From positions 17 to 64,016 of the forward strand of contig DASVRZ010000079.1 of NCBI GenBank assembly GCA_036388355.1: a stretch of 64,000 nucleotides of DNA. Reading direction: 5' to 3'. This document shows, in pieces, positions 13,956-21,305 of this stretch; within the stretch, counting starts at the first letter, position 1, and each line of letters begins with the position of its first letter. A program made the position numbers and the translations under genes. The DNA comes from Chthoniobacterales bacterium. Its GTDB lineage: Bacteria; Verrucomicrobiota; Verrucomicrobiia; Chthoniobacterales; DASVRZ01. The notes below the pieces were generated by a model. That model had not been told where the DNA came from, did not search any database, and was given only the letters and a program-made list of their open reading frames with translations.

Positions 13956-14233
13956 GGGAGGGCAGTTTTATCATCCGGCGCGGCGGATTGCCAAGGCAAA
14001 GAACTTCGGTGAGAAAATCCAAACCGCCGCAGCGATTGCCTCCGAATAATTAATGTGAACGGGAGCCCACGAGGCGATGTCAAACTCGCCAGTGCTACCG
14101 CACAAAATTTGTTAGTGAGGTTAAGGAACAAGGCAAGCGAAGGCTGCAGATGAGTGTCTGCAGCCTTCGTGTTTTCCCGGGTCAGAGGACACTGACGGCT
14201 CCAGGCGCCCGGTGAGTTGTCCGCAGCAGCGAA

Positions 14234-15697
14234 ATGCGCTATCTTCACGGCCCGCAAATGAACGCTGCCATCATCGACCCCTCCGCTCCTCCCGCTGCCG
14301 CTCCCAAGGTGGGAATGATTTCCCTCGGCTGCGCCAAAAACCTCGTCGATGCGGAGTTGATGCTCGGCAGCATTCTCGCCCATGGGATGGAAATCACCTC
14401 CGACGCCGACGACGCCGATGTGCTCATCGTCAACACCTGCTCCTTCATCGACTCTGCCAAAGAGGAATCCATCGACGCCATTTTCGAAGCGCACGAAGCC
14501 CGTGGAATGAAGCGCCGCCCGGGGCAAAAACTCATCGTCAGCGGCTGCATGGCCCAGCGTTTTTCGAAGGAACTCAGCGGCGAAATGCCCGAAGTCGATG
14601 CCTTCATGGGCCTCGATCAAGTCGCCCAAGCTGGAGACATCGTCGCTCAAGTGCTCGCTCGCCCGCGTATTGCGCTGGAGCCGAACCCCGCCGTCACCGA
14701 CGAAAACTGGCAGCCGCTGAACCTCGTCACGCGCAAGCCGGTTTACATTCCCGACTACGACACCCCGCGCTTCCGCCTCACCCCGGCGCACTCGGCTTAC
14801 GTGAAGATCGCGGAAGGTTGCAACCACCCGTGCAGCTTCTGCGTCATCCCGCAGATGCGCGGGAAACATCGCTCCCGCTCCATCCATTCGGTCGTCACCG
14901 AAATCCAGAACCTCGTCGCGGAAGGCGTCAAAGAATTCAACCTCATCAGCCAGGACACCACCTACTACGGCATGGATCTTTGGGAGCAAAAAGCCGGGCC
15001 GACGCAGCCGGTCGACTCGCAGCGGGGCGTTTCCCTCGTCCATCTGCTCGAAGCCATCGACCAGATCCCCGGCGACTTCTGGGTCCGCCTGCTCTACACC
15101 CACCCCGCGCATTGGAGCGACGAACTCATCGCCACCATCGCCCGCAGCAAACACGTCGCGCGTTACATCGACATGCCGCTGCAGCACATCCACCCCGAGA
15201 TGTTGCTCACCATGCGCCGCGAAACGACCAGCCAGCACATCGTCGATCTCATCGCCCGCATCCGCGCTGGCATTCCGGGCATCGCCATTCGCACCACCTT
15301 CATTGTCGGCTTCCCCGGAGAGACCGAGGAACATTTCGAGGCCCTCCTCAATTTCATCAAAACCACCCGCTTCGAGCGACTCGGCATCTTTACCTACTCT
15401 CAAGAGGAAGGTTCCCGCGCGGCGAAAATGGAAAACCAGCTGCCGGGCAAGGTCCGCCAGGCGCGTTATCGCAAAGCGATGAAACTCCAGCAACGCATCG
15501 CCGGAGAGATCGCCGCCGCCAACGTCGGCAAAACCATCCGCGCCATCGTCGATAGCCCGCTGGTGGCAAGAAGCGAAGCCGACGCCCCCGACGTAGACGC
15601 CCGCATCATCCTCACCAAGCCCGCGCAAGTCGGCGCCTTCGTAAACGTGCAAATCACCGGCACCCAAGTTTACGATTTGGTTGGCGAAGTCGTGTAG
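14234..15697 (+). CDS. rimO: Ribosomal protein S12 methylthiotransferase
   Basis: MISLGCAKNLVDAELMLG (UPF0004 domain), radical-SAM CNHPCSFCVIPQMRG, C-terminal TRAM. Start uncertain (ATG 14234, 14258 or 14315). Confidence 0.92.
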   Translation: MRYLHGPQMNAAIIDPSAPPAAAPKVGMISLGCAKNLVDAELMLGSILAHGMEITSDADDADVLIVNTCSFIDSAKEESIDAIFEAHEARGMKRRPGQKLIVSGCMAQRFSKELSGEMPEVDAFMGLDQVAQAGDIVAQVLARPRIALEPNPAVTDENWQPLNLVTRKPVYIPDYDTPRFRLTPAHSAYVKIAEGCNHPCSFCVIPQMRGKHRSRSIHSVVTEIQNLVAEGVKEFNLISQDTTYYGMDLWEQKAGPTQPVDSQRGVSLVHLLEAIDQIPGDFWVRLLYTHPAHWSDELIATIARSKHVARYIDMPLQHIHPEMLLTMRRETTSQHIVDLIARIRAGIPGIAIRTTFIVGFPGETEEHFEALLNFIKTTRFERLGIFTYSQEEGSRAAKMENQLPGKVRQARYRKAMKLQQRIAGEIAAANVGKTIRAIVDSPLVARSEADAPDVDARIILTKPAQVGAFVNVQITGTQVYDLVGEVV

Positions 15698-15725
15698 ACC
15701 TCGCTCTCCCCGCGGAGCTCAATAG

Positions 15726-16316
15726 TTAGGCATCACGACCGATTTTGGTCGCGATGATCAAGCCGGTCGCCCAGCAGAGTTTGGTAACCCTCAATTCAGC
15801 CCGGCTCTCTAGCTCCGCAATCAGGCGTGGAACCTTTGGAGCGTGATCTTCCGGCCAGTTAGGCTGCGGCAGTAGGTCGTCAATAATGTAAAGTCCGCCT
15901 GGCGCAAGCAACGCGAGAGCCTCTGGCAAATGCGTGAACTTACCGGGCCAGGTATCCGCATAGATGAAATCAAACGACCGCCCCTGTGACCGCTCCAAAA
16001 AAGCCGCGCCATCCTCGTGGTAAAAAGTCACTCGAGGGTCACCGGCCAAATGCTGCTGCGCGATGGCGAGCACAGTGGCGTCGCTCTCCACCGATTCCAG
16101 GACCGAGTCGGCATCCATACCAGCCAAAATTGAAGCCGTGCCAAGTCCAGTGCCCGTGCCAAGCTCCAGCAACTTCCCACGCGGTTTCGACGCTGCGAGA
16201 GTGCGTAGCAACGAGCCCGTTAGCGGGTCGGAAGCCATGTTGAAGCCGAGTGTCCGCGTCTCCGCGGAAATCGCATCAAGCAGGCCGGGCCGATTGGGAA
16301 TGTCATGGTCGTTCAT
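15726..16316 (-). CDS. Class I SAM-dependent O-methyltransferase (family 3-like); last cassette next to rimO
   Basis: LLELGTGTGLGTASILAGM (SAM motif I), ...FDFIYADTWPGKF..., LLAPGGLYIIDD. The stop TAA lies within gttaggc 15725..15731. Confidence 0.8.
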   Translation of the reverse strand: MNDHDIPNRPGLLDAISAETRTLGFNMASDPLTGSLLRTLAASKPRGKLLELGTGTGLGTASILAGMDADSVLESVESDATVLAIAQQHLAGDPRVTFYHEDGAAFLERSQGRSFDFIYADTWPGKFTHLPEALALLAPGGLYIIDDLLPQPNWPEDHAPKVPRLIAELESRAELRVTKLCWATGLIIATKIGRDA

Positions 16317-16332
16317 GGCTAAACCTGGATTA

Positions 16333-16361
16333 TGCTAACCTTTAGGTCCGGGTGGCTAGGC
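16333..16361 (-). repeat. Truncated attC-like site
   Basis: Minus: GCCTAGC-cacccggacctaaag-GTTAGCA. Only the two core-like heptamers remain. Confidence 0.4.
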
Positions 16362-16380
16362 TCCATTTCCATTTCCATGA

Positions 16381-16919
16381 TCACCCATTCTGCGGATTCA
16401 CCAACGCGTTCACCGTGTGATCCACATAGTGATCATATAGCCATTCTGCATCGCGAAGTACACCCTCGCGGGTAAACCCCAGGCGATCGGGAATGGCCTG
16501 ACTTTTCAGATTCTCCGTCGCCACCATGATCTCGATTCTGTTCAGGCGATACTCGGTGGACGCGTGATCCACCAAGGCACGACAACACTGCGTCATGATG
16601 CCTTTGCCTTCCGAACCCTTGGCGAGCCAATAACCGGGAAAGGCAATCCTGCTTTCCCAATCAATCCGGTTATAGCCAATTACCCCGCAGAGAGCCTCTT
16701 GATGCCAATACCGCATACAAAAGTGCCTACATCAGCAAACGCCCGGAGACTCGAGGCGATGAATGCCGCCGAATCCTCCTCGCTTTGGGTCTCGTCCAGC
16801 CATGGCAACCATCGGAGCAAGTGATCCCGATTTACGTCGGTCACACGGAAAAGCTCCTGCGCGTGTTGCTTCTGCAAAAGGCGCAGCTGGATGTCATTGG
16901 CTAGGTGGTAAGGAAACAT
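16381..16919 (-). pseudogene. RimJ/RimL-type GNAT N-acetyltransferase, disrupted by a 1-nt frameshift near 16707
   Basis: ORFs 16680..16919 (MFPYHLANDIQLRLLQKQHAQELF...FADVGTFVCGI) and 16381..16716 (..WHQEALCGVIGYNRIDWESRIAFPGYWLAKGSEGKGIMTQCCRALVDHAS...NLKSQAIPDRLGFTREGVLRDAEW) are the two halves of one GNAT. They join if ggtattggcat were ggtatttggcat. Confidence 0.75.
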
Positions 16920-16931
16920 TTCTCTTCGGGG

Positions 16932-16991
16932 AACAAACTCACGCAGCAGACGCGACAGCTTCGAGCCATCCGCTACGGCGCTTGGTTAGGC
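16932..16991 (-). repeat. attC-like site (degenerate 3' core)
   Basis: Minus: GCCTAAC-caagcgccg-TAGCGGATGG...GCGTCTGCTG-cgtga-GTTTGTT. It overlaps the last 6 codons of the VOC gene. Confidence 0.5.
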
Positions 16992-17401
16992 GAGTTCATC
17001 GTGCCGCCACTTAAGCCCGAGGACGACCAAAAAAACAAAACGTAGCCATCGGCATCTTTGACCTCGAACCCGCGCAAACCGTCATGAGTGTCCTTGAGCG
17101 GTTGCGAAAACGCCACATTGCGCGATGCAAACTCCGCCGCCAGCGCATCAGGATCGGGAACGTGAAGGTAAGCGTCCCACCGCGCAGCCGGTTCTTGCCT
17201 ATAGTTGGGACTTGGAGCGACCCCGACGCTTTTCAGCATGAGCATCGCGCCACCGCGGGACACCATGCCGAAAAAAGGATTCTCCGCAGGCTCCTGAAAA
17301 GCGATCTCGAATCCAAGCGAGTCGCGGTAAAACGCAAGTGCTAACGCCGCATGCCGCACGATGAAGAACGGCGAAATGCTGGATATTTCTGGTGGTGTCA
17401 T
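16973..17401 (-). CDS. VOC / glyoxalase-bleomycin-resistance family protein (cassette)
   Basis: SPFFIVRHAALALAFYRDSLGFEIAF...GGAMLMLK...FEVKDADGYVLFF, a paired beta-alpha-beta-beta-beta pattern. Confidence 0.8.
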   Translation of the reverse strand: MTPPEISSISPFFIVRHAALALAFYRDSLGFEIAFQEPAENPFFGMVSRGGAMLMLKSVGVAPSPNYRQEPAARWDAYLHVPDPDALAAEFASRNVAFSQPLKDTHDGLRGFEVKDADGYVLFFWSSSGLSGGTMNSPNQAP

Positions 17402-17421
17402 TTTGCAATTGGACGATATCT

Positions 17422-17521
17422 GCCGGGCGACCTCAAGCTCAACACTGACTCCGGGATCGCACGGACGCTGCGCAGGCAGACGTGACGGCCCGGAGCAGTT
17501 TGCTGCAGCGTCTCGTTAGGC
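17422..17521 (-). repeat. attC-like site (100 bp)
   Basis: Minus: GCCTAAC-gagacgctg-CAGCAAACTGCTCCGGG...CCCGGAGTCAGTGTTGA-gcttgaggtc-GCCCGGC. The 3' core is degenerate. Confidence 0.6.
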
Positions 17522-17533
17522 AACGTTGATTAC

Positions 17534-17848
17534 TCACGGCGCTCTCGGAGTGTAGGAAGAGGACCAACGCTGCATCTCAGCGGCCAACTCAGGAGCGATA
17601 TTGATCCACGTCGTGGAAGGTGTGTGTCGTAGCTCGTAGGCTTGGAGTTCGGCAGCACTGACAATATGTTTAAACCACTGCAGATAACTCCACTCGCGCG
17701 GCTTGGGGGAATGGAGATGACGGCGAATCGGCTCCCAATGAACCTCGACGGCCTCGCGATAGATGTAAGGAAGGGTCGCGATGCTCGGGCGGACGTAGAG
17801 ACGCTCCTGCTCGTCTATCCCGACTTCAGCGATGGAATCCGTGGTCAT
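17534..17848 (-). CDS. Hypothetical protein (cassette ORF)
   Basis: 104-aa ORF with no recognisable motifs. Its only canonical start (ATG 17848) lies inside the loop of the preceding attC-like site. Confidence 0.45.
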   Translation of the reverse strand: MTTDSIAEVGIDEQERLYVRPSIATLPYIYREAVEVHWEPIRRHLHSPKPREWSYLQWFKHIVSAAELQAYELRHTPSTTWINIAPELAAEMQRWSSSYTPRAP

Positions 17849-17878
17849 TCAGGCATTCGCTGCAGCGCGAGGTTAGGC
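17813..17878 (-). repeat. Compact attC-like site (66 bp)
   Basis: Minus: GCCTAAC-ctcgcgctg-CAGCGAATGC-ctgaATGaccacggatt-CCATCGCTGA-agtcgg-GATAGAC. Confidence 0.65.
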
Positions 17879-18229
17879 ATTTCCGGCCGCACAGCCAAAC
17901 CCGAGGTGATTGCCGTCAGGATCCACTGTCTCAAAGTCTCTCATCCCGTAGTCGTAGTTTCGTGGTTCGGCCTTGATAGTCGCCCCTTTGGCCTTGATCT
18001 CCGCGTAGTAAGAATCCACCTCATCGCAGAAAATGTAAGCGGTTCCTCCGCCAACGGGTCTGTCCTGGATTGAGTGACCAGAAAGATGCAGGCATGCCCC
18101 TCCAAGTTTAACGCCAGCGTAATCGCCGAAGCGGAAATCCTCAGAAAAACCGAGAATCTCAATGTAGTGCCTGAGGGCTGAATCTAGATTCGAAACTTGA
18201 AAGACGGGTGCTATGTTTTGAGTATTCAT
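17873..18229 (-). CDS. VOC / bleomycin-resistance-like glyoxalase family protein (cassette)
   Basis: PVFQVSNLDSALRHYIEILGFSEDFRFGDYAGVKLGGACLHLS...YGMRDFETVDPDGNHLGFG. Confidence 0.8.
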   Translation of the reverse strand: MNTQNIAPVFQVSNLDSALRHYIEILGFSEDFRFGDYAGVKLGGACLHLSGHSIQDRPVGGGTAYIFCDEVDSYYAEIKAKGATIKAEPRNYDYGMRDFETVDPDGNHLGFGCAAGNA

Positions 18230-18265
18230 GGGGTGAATTGGTTAAAGATGTTGTAAGGGAATTCC

Positions 18266-18299
18266 TCCTAACGACCTCAAGCTCGGCAAGTGATTAGGC
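18266..18299 (-). repeat. Truncated attC-like site (3' arm only)
   Basis: Minus: GCCTAAT-cactt-GCCGA-gcttgaggtc-GTTAGGA. Confidence 0.45.
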
Positions 18300-18773
18300 G
18301 ACTCGTTCATGGCGGAGTTGCTTGTGCATCGAAAACCGGCGGAGGTAAGCGCCTCGGCACTCGACGCACTCCTCGGCATCGAGTTGAAACCCTTGACTAT
18401 CAAAGAATGCCCTGGCTGCAAGACTAACGTGGGCGGTAACGCTCGGCACCCCGTCGGCCAGCAAAGCGGACTCGACGTGCTTGTAGAGGCTACTGGCCAC
18501 GCCACGACGGGCAAACGATGGATGAGTGAAAAGAAAGTCAATGTAGCCAGCGGGCGTGTATGAGGCGAAGCCCACGAGAACGCCATCCGACTCGGCGACG
18601 ATGGTGTGAAGCGGCGCAAGACGCTCCTCCCAGCGAGCCGCATCATCCGTAAGCGGTGCCCATGCGGCGATCTGATCCGCCGAGTAATAGGACGCTGCTA
18701 AAGTGCGAATCGAAGCCCTGTATATTTCGGCGCGACGAGGCAGATCGCCGGGTTCAGATGGTCTTACATTCAC
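18294..18773 (-). CDS. GNAT family N-acetyltransferase (cassette)
   Basis: (GTG)NVRPSEPGDLPRRAEIYRASI...TIVAESDGVLVGFASYTPAGYIDFLFTHPSFARRGVASSLYKHVE. The start was trimmed from 18884 to GTG 18773, because the upstream 37 codons translate the attC-like repeat. Confidence 0.8.
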   Translation of the reverse strand: MNVRPSEPGDLPRRAEIYRASIRTLAASYYSADQIAAWAPLTDDAARWEERLAPLHTIVAESDGVLVGFASYTPAGYIDFLFTHPSFARRGVASSLYKHVESALLADGVPSVTAHVSLAARAFFDSQGFQLDAEECVECRGAYLRRFSMHKQLRHERVA

Positions 18774-18790
18774 AGGCAGTGCGTAGAGGT

Positions 18791-18892
18791 GTCTAACAAC
18801 ATCGATCTCAGCAATGCAGAGGGACAGGCGGGGCTCCTGCGTATGCCAGGGACGTCTGCAGCCCTGCCATCCGCTGTAGCACATGGTTAGAC
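18791..18892 (-). repeat. attC-like site (102 bp) with perfect terminal inverted cores
   Basis: Minus: GTCTAAC-catgtgcta-CAGCGGATGG...CTGCATTGCTGA-gatcgatgtt-GTTAGAC. Confidence 0.7.
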
Positions 18893-18917
18893 GGCGTTGA
18901 GATGTGAGTCGCGCCGT

Positions 18918-19178
18918 TCATTCTTTGCGGGCGTCATCCGACTGGAGCTTTGAGGCACCGACCGCCGAACCGATCAGAAAGAGAGCGAAAAGGATGGTGA
19001 AGCCACAGAGCATAAAAAAGCAAACGTTGCCGATGCTGCTTGCGGCTCGCCCGAACCCGAAGACCGCACAGAACATTCCTATAGCGGAGGTAAAGACGGT
19101 AGATACGAAGGCAACTATGCTGGCTGTGCCCAGCTTGCGCTGAGCCTTCATTCCTTTGATCAAATTTTCGAGCTTCAT
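18918..19178 (-). CDS. Small two-TM membrane protein (cassette)
   Basis: 86 aa with two hydrophobic helices (GTASIVAFVSTVFTSAIGMFCAVFGF; VCFFMLCGFTILFALFLIGSAV). Confidence 0.5.
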   Translation of the reverse strand: MKLENLIKGMKAQRKLGTASIVAFVSTVFTSAIGMFCAVFGFGRAASSIGNVCFFMLCGFTILFALFLIGSAVGASKLQSDDARKE

Positions 19179-19199
19179 TATGTTTATAGAGTGGAAATT

Positions 19200-19247
19200 G
19201 CCTATCGATCCAAGCTCAGCACAAGGTCTGGCATGGCCGTGAGTAAC
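19200..19247 (-). repeat. Truncated attC-like site (3' arm only)
   Basis: Minus: ...CCTTGTGCTGA-gcttggatc-GATAGGC. No RYYYAAC core next to the upstream stop codon. Confidence 0.4.
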
Positions 19248-19748
19248 TCAATGGCGCACAATTGAAACTGCATAAGGGTGAACATGCATTGTCCCATGGG
19301 ATAAAGCCCTGAGGTGGCGTATCGCCTCACGCAAAGATTGGTTCTCTAGGCGGAGCGTGAATACCGGCTCTGGGGACGGAGGGGCAGAAATAGTCTTGAG
19401 CACCAGATTGACGCCGCGGTCACGCGGACGGTCCGCCATCTTATCGCTCTGTTTGGCAGCCTCTCGCAAAACCTGGACCGCCTCCTGAATAGTTGCTTCG
19501 CGTATGTTAAATACGGGAATGACAATCCTATCGAGCTTGCGTTCAAGTAGGGCTTGTGCTGATCGCTCTGGGCTAATCGCTTTGTAAGATCGAGTAGCGA
19601 GTGAAGGCCGTTCCGGAGCAGGCGACGGCTGTAGATAAATTGGGGGGTTAGCGGGGAGAATCAGATCGCGCGGCGCTGAGTCGCCATACATCAATTGGGG
19701 AATGATGAGAGCCGCTAAAAGCAGAAGTGTTTTTGTCACGGTGAACAA
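19248..19748 (-). CDS. Secreted hypothetical protein
   Basis: TTG/GTG start, signal peptide (FTVTKTLLLLAALIIPQLMYG). Mature part contains IVIPVFNIREATIQEAVQVLREAAKQS..GVNLVLK, reminiscent of short secretin/STN-like N-domains (weak inference). Confidence 0.5.
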   Translation of the reverse strand: MFTVTKTLLLLAALIIPQLMYGDSAPRDLILPANPPIYLQPSPAPERPSLATRSYKAISPERSAQALLERKLDRIVIPVFNIREATIQEAVQVLREAAKQSDKMADRPRDRGVNLVLKTISAPPSPEPVFTLRLENQSLREAIRHLRALSHGTMHVHPYAVSIVRH

Positions 19749-19760
19749 TGTAAAAGCGCC

Positions 19761-20078
19761 CTACCGCGTTGTTCCTGGAATCCCATTCACGGAAACAGCG
19801 CCCGTCTGGTGGATCGTGACCGTGTCTCCGCTCTTCACAAAGCCATAGTTGTTGCCGTCCACGGTCAACTGCCCGCCCTACTCGGTAATGGAGAGCGAAT
19901 CGCCCGTGAAGGAGAAGCTGTCGCCAGACACATTCGTGGAGCTCGATTTCTGGACGGGCAGTTCGTAGGTGATGCCGCGAGTTTGGACCTTGGAGCCCGC
20001 AGTGCCGCTGCTGCTAACGTTGGGCTTGCAGGCGGCCAGGCAGGCGACCAATAGCGTGTAGAGAATGAGTTTGCGCAT
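19761..20078 (-). pseudogene. Small lipoprotein with an in-frame TAG (19878..19880); intact 66-aa version is 19878..20078
   Basis: MRKLILYTLLVACLAAC (lipobox). After ..DSLSITE-TAG the frame stays open for 38 more protein-like codons (GGQLTVDGNNYGFVKSGDTVTIHQTGAVSVNGIPGTTR) up to TAG 19761. Confidence 0.4.
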
Positions 20079-20114
20079 AGTTTTATGAGGATGACGATTT
20101 TGCGGCCAAGGTCT

Positions 20115-20627
20115 TCATGTTTGGTATTTTGTTACTCTGATCTGAGCAAGAACATGGGAAATGCGGGACTCCAGGAGCGAATCATCACCTGCATTTTCGA
20201 TCACTTGGTGCGGAATCGTCGGTAATTCAAACTGCGGATTGATGATCTCCCCATAATAGGCGGTAGCTAAGTGACCGGTCCGTTGCTGAAGCCGCTCCGA
20301 AATCAGCATCGGAGTGCTTTTAACCCAAACAAAATCCAACCCAGGGATAGCCTCGCGGACTTTCTCCCGATGCCTATTCTTAAACAACGCCTGCGCAACG
20401 CAAAAATGCTCGTGCGTTGCTTCCAGTGTCTTGATGCGTGAGATGATTGCTTCTGTAAATTCGTCTCGCATGTCGTCGCAGATCGGCTCCTGCTTTTCTA
20501 TAGCCTCTCGGATGCGTGGAGGCAGGTCGTGGTCGGCGTCGTGAAAATGGATCCCAAACCGCGAGTTCAGCAGCGAGCCAATATGAGTCTTCCCGGAACC
20601 AATCTGGCCAAAGAGCATGATCTTCAT
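20115..20627 (-). CDS. Gluconokinase (GntK/IdnK)-family P-loop kinase
   Basis: MKIMLFGQIGSGKTHIG (Walker A), FHDADHDLPPRIREAIEKQEPICDDMRDEF and CVAQALFKNRHREKV...FVWVKSTPMLISERLQQRTGH are colinear with GntK as I recall it. Confidence 0.7.
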   Translation of the reverse strand: MKIMLFGQIGSGKTHIGSLLNSRFGIHFHDADHDLPPRIREAIEKQEPICDDMRDEFTEAIISRIKTLEATHEHFCVAQALFKNRHREKVREAIPGLDFVWVKSTPMLISERLQQRTGHLATAYYGEIINPQFELPTIPHQVIENAGDDSLLESRISHVLAQIRVTKYQT

Positions 20628-20634
20628 TTTTTCT

Positions 20635-20670
20635 GCCTAACGAGACAAGCTCAGCGATGCGGTGTTGGCT
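20635..20670 (-). repeat. Truncated attC-like site
   Basis: Minus: AGCCAAC-acc-GCATCGCTGA-gcttgtctc-GTTAGGC. Confidence 0.45.
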
Positions 20671-20676
20671 GTTGCG

Positions 20677-21159
20677 TCATTCGGCGGTGAAATGCCTGCG
20701 ATACTTCACGAAGGCACGCTTGGTGTCGCTGGTAAACCCGCACCGCCGGAAAAAGGAATGGGCAGCCTCGCGTTTGGTGCTGCTCAAGAGCATGAGCTTG
20801 GTGCAGTCGTGGGCACTGGCCAACCGCTCCACGTGACCCAGCAGAAGACGGCCAAAGCCACGTCCACGCATCGCCTGCGTCACGATGACCTTCTCGACTA
20901 CACCAAAGGGTTGCGTGCGATACATAGCATCCGGGCAGATGGTCAGAAGCGCGGTTGCACAAACGCCACTCTCGGCCTCGGAAACAAGAAGGTGACTAGT
21001 CGGTGAATCGTAGAGCGTGGCAACCTGCTCCGGGAGGACGCGAATGAGTGGGTCAGAAACTAACTCGCGGTAAAGGTTCTCGATGGCTGGGGCGTCGTCC
21101 GCTGTGGCTTTCCGGATGGCGGATGGCGTCGCTTGCAGATGGTTTTGGCTTTCGTTCAT
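20677..21159 (-). CDS. GNAT family N-acetyltransferase (cassette)
   Basis: MNESQNHLQATPSAIRKATADDAPAIENLY...VEKVIVTQAMRGRGFGRLLLGHVERLA (Q/RxxGxG/A acetyl-CoA motif). Start moved to ATG 21159, 17 nt after the GTTAGGC core. Confidence 0.85.
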   Translation of the reverse strand: MNESQNHLQATPSAIRKATADDAPAIENLYRELVSDPLIRVLPEQVATLYDSPTSHLLVSEAESGVCATALLTICPDAMYRTQPFGVVEKVIVTQAMRGRGFGRLLLGHVERLASAHDCTKLMLLSSTKREAAHSFFRRCGFTSDTKRAFVKYRRHFTAE

Positions 21160-21176
21160 GGGAGACGGGTAGCGAT

Positions 21177-21305
21177 GCCTAACGAGACACAAGATCAGCT
21201 GCCGCGAGCCCAATGCAATTCCGTTCGCACGCACGACGTGGATGACAAACACCCAGAGCGTAAATCGCAGGCTTGCTCGCGGTCAGCTGCATCGCCTGGT
21301 TAGGC
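21177..21305 (-). repeat. Best-preserved attC-like site (129 bp)
   Basis: Minus: GCCTAAC-caggcgatg-CAGCTG(A)CCGCGAGC...GCTCGCGGCAGCTG-atcttgtgtctc-GTTAGGC. The 7-bp terminal inverted repeats are perfect. The inner arm is 14 bp with one bulged A. Confidence 0.75.

Noticed and set aside
13868-15667. 599-aa minus-strand ORF (and 447-aa plus-frame ORF 14212..15555) across the rimO locus
   Set aside because: Gly/Asp/Ala/Arg-rich low-complexity translation with no motifs. The other plus frame encodes a complete RimO (radical-SAM CxxxCxxC, TRAM). This is a typical high-GC antisense or alternative-frame shadow.
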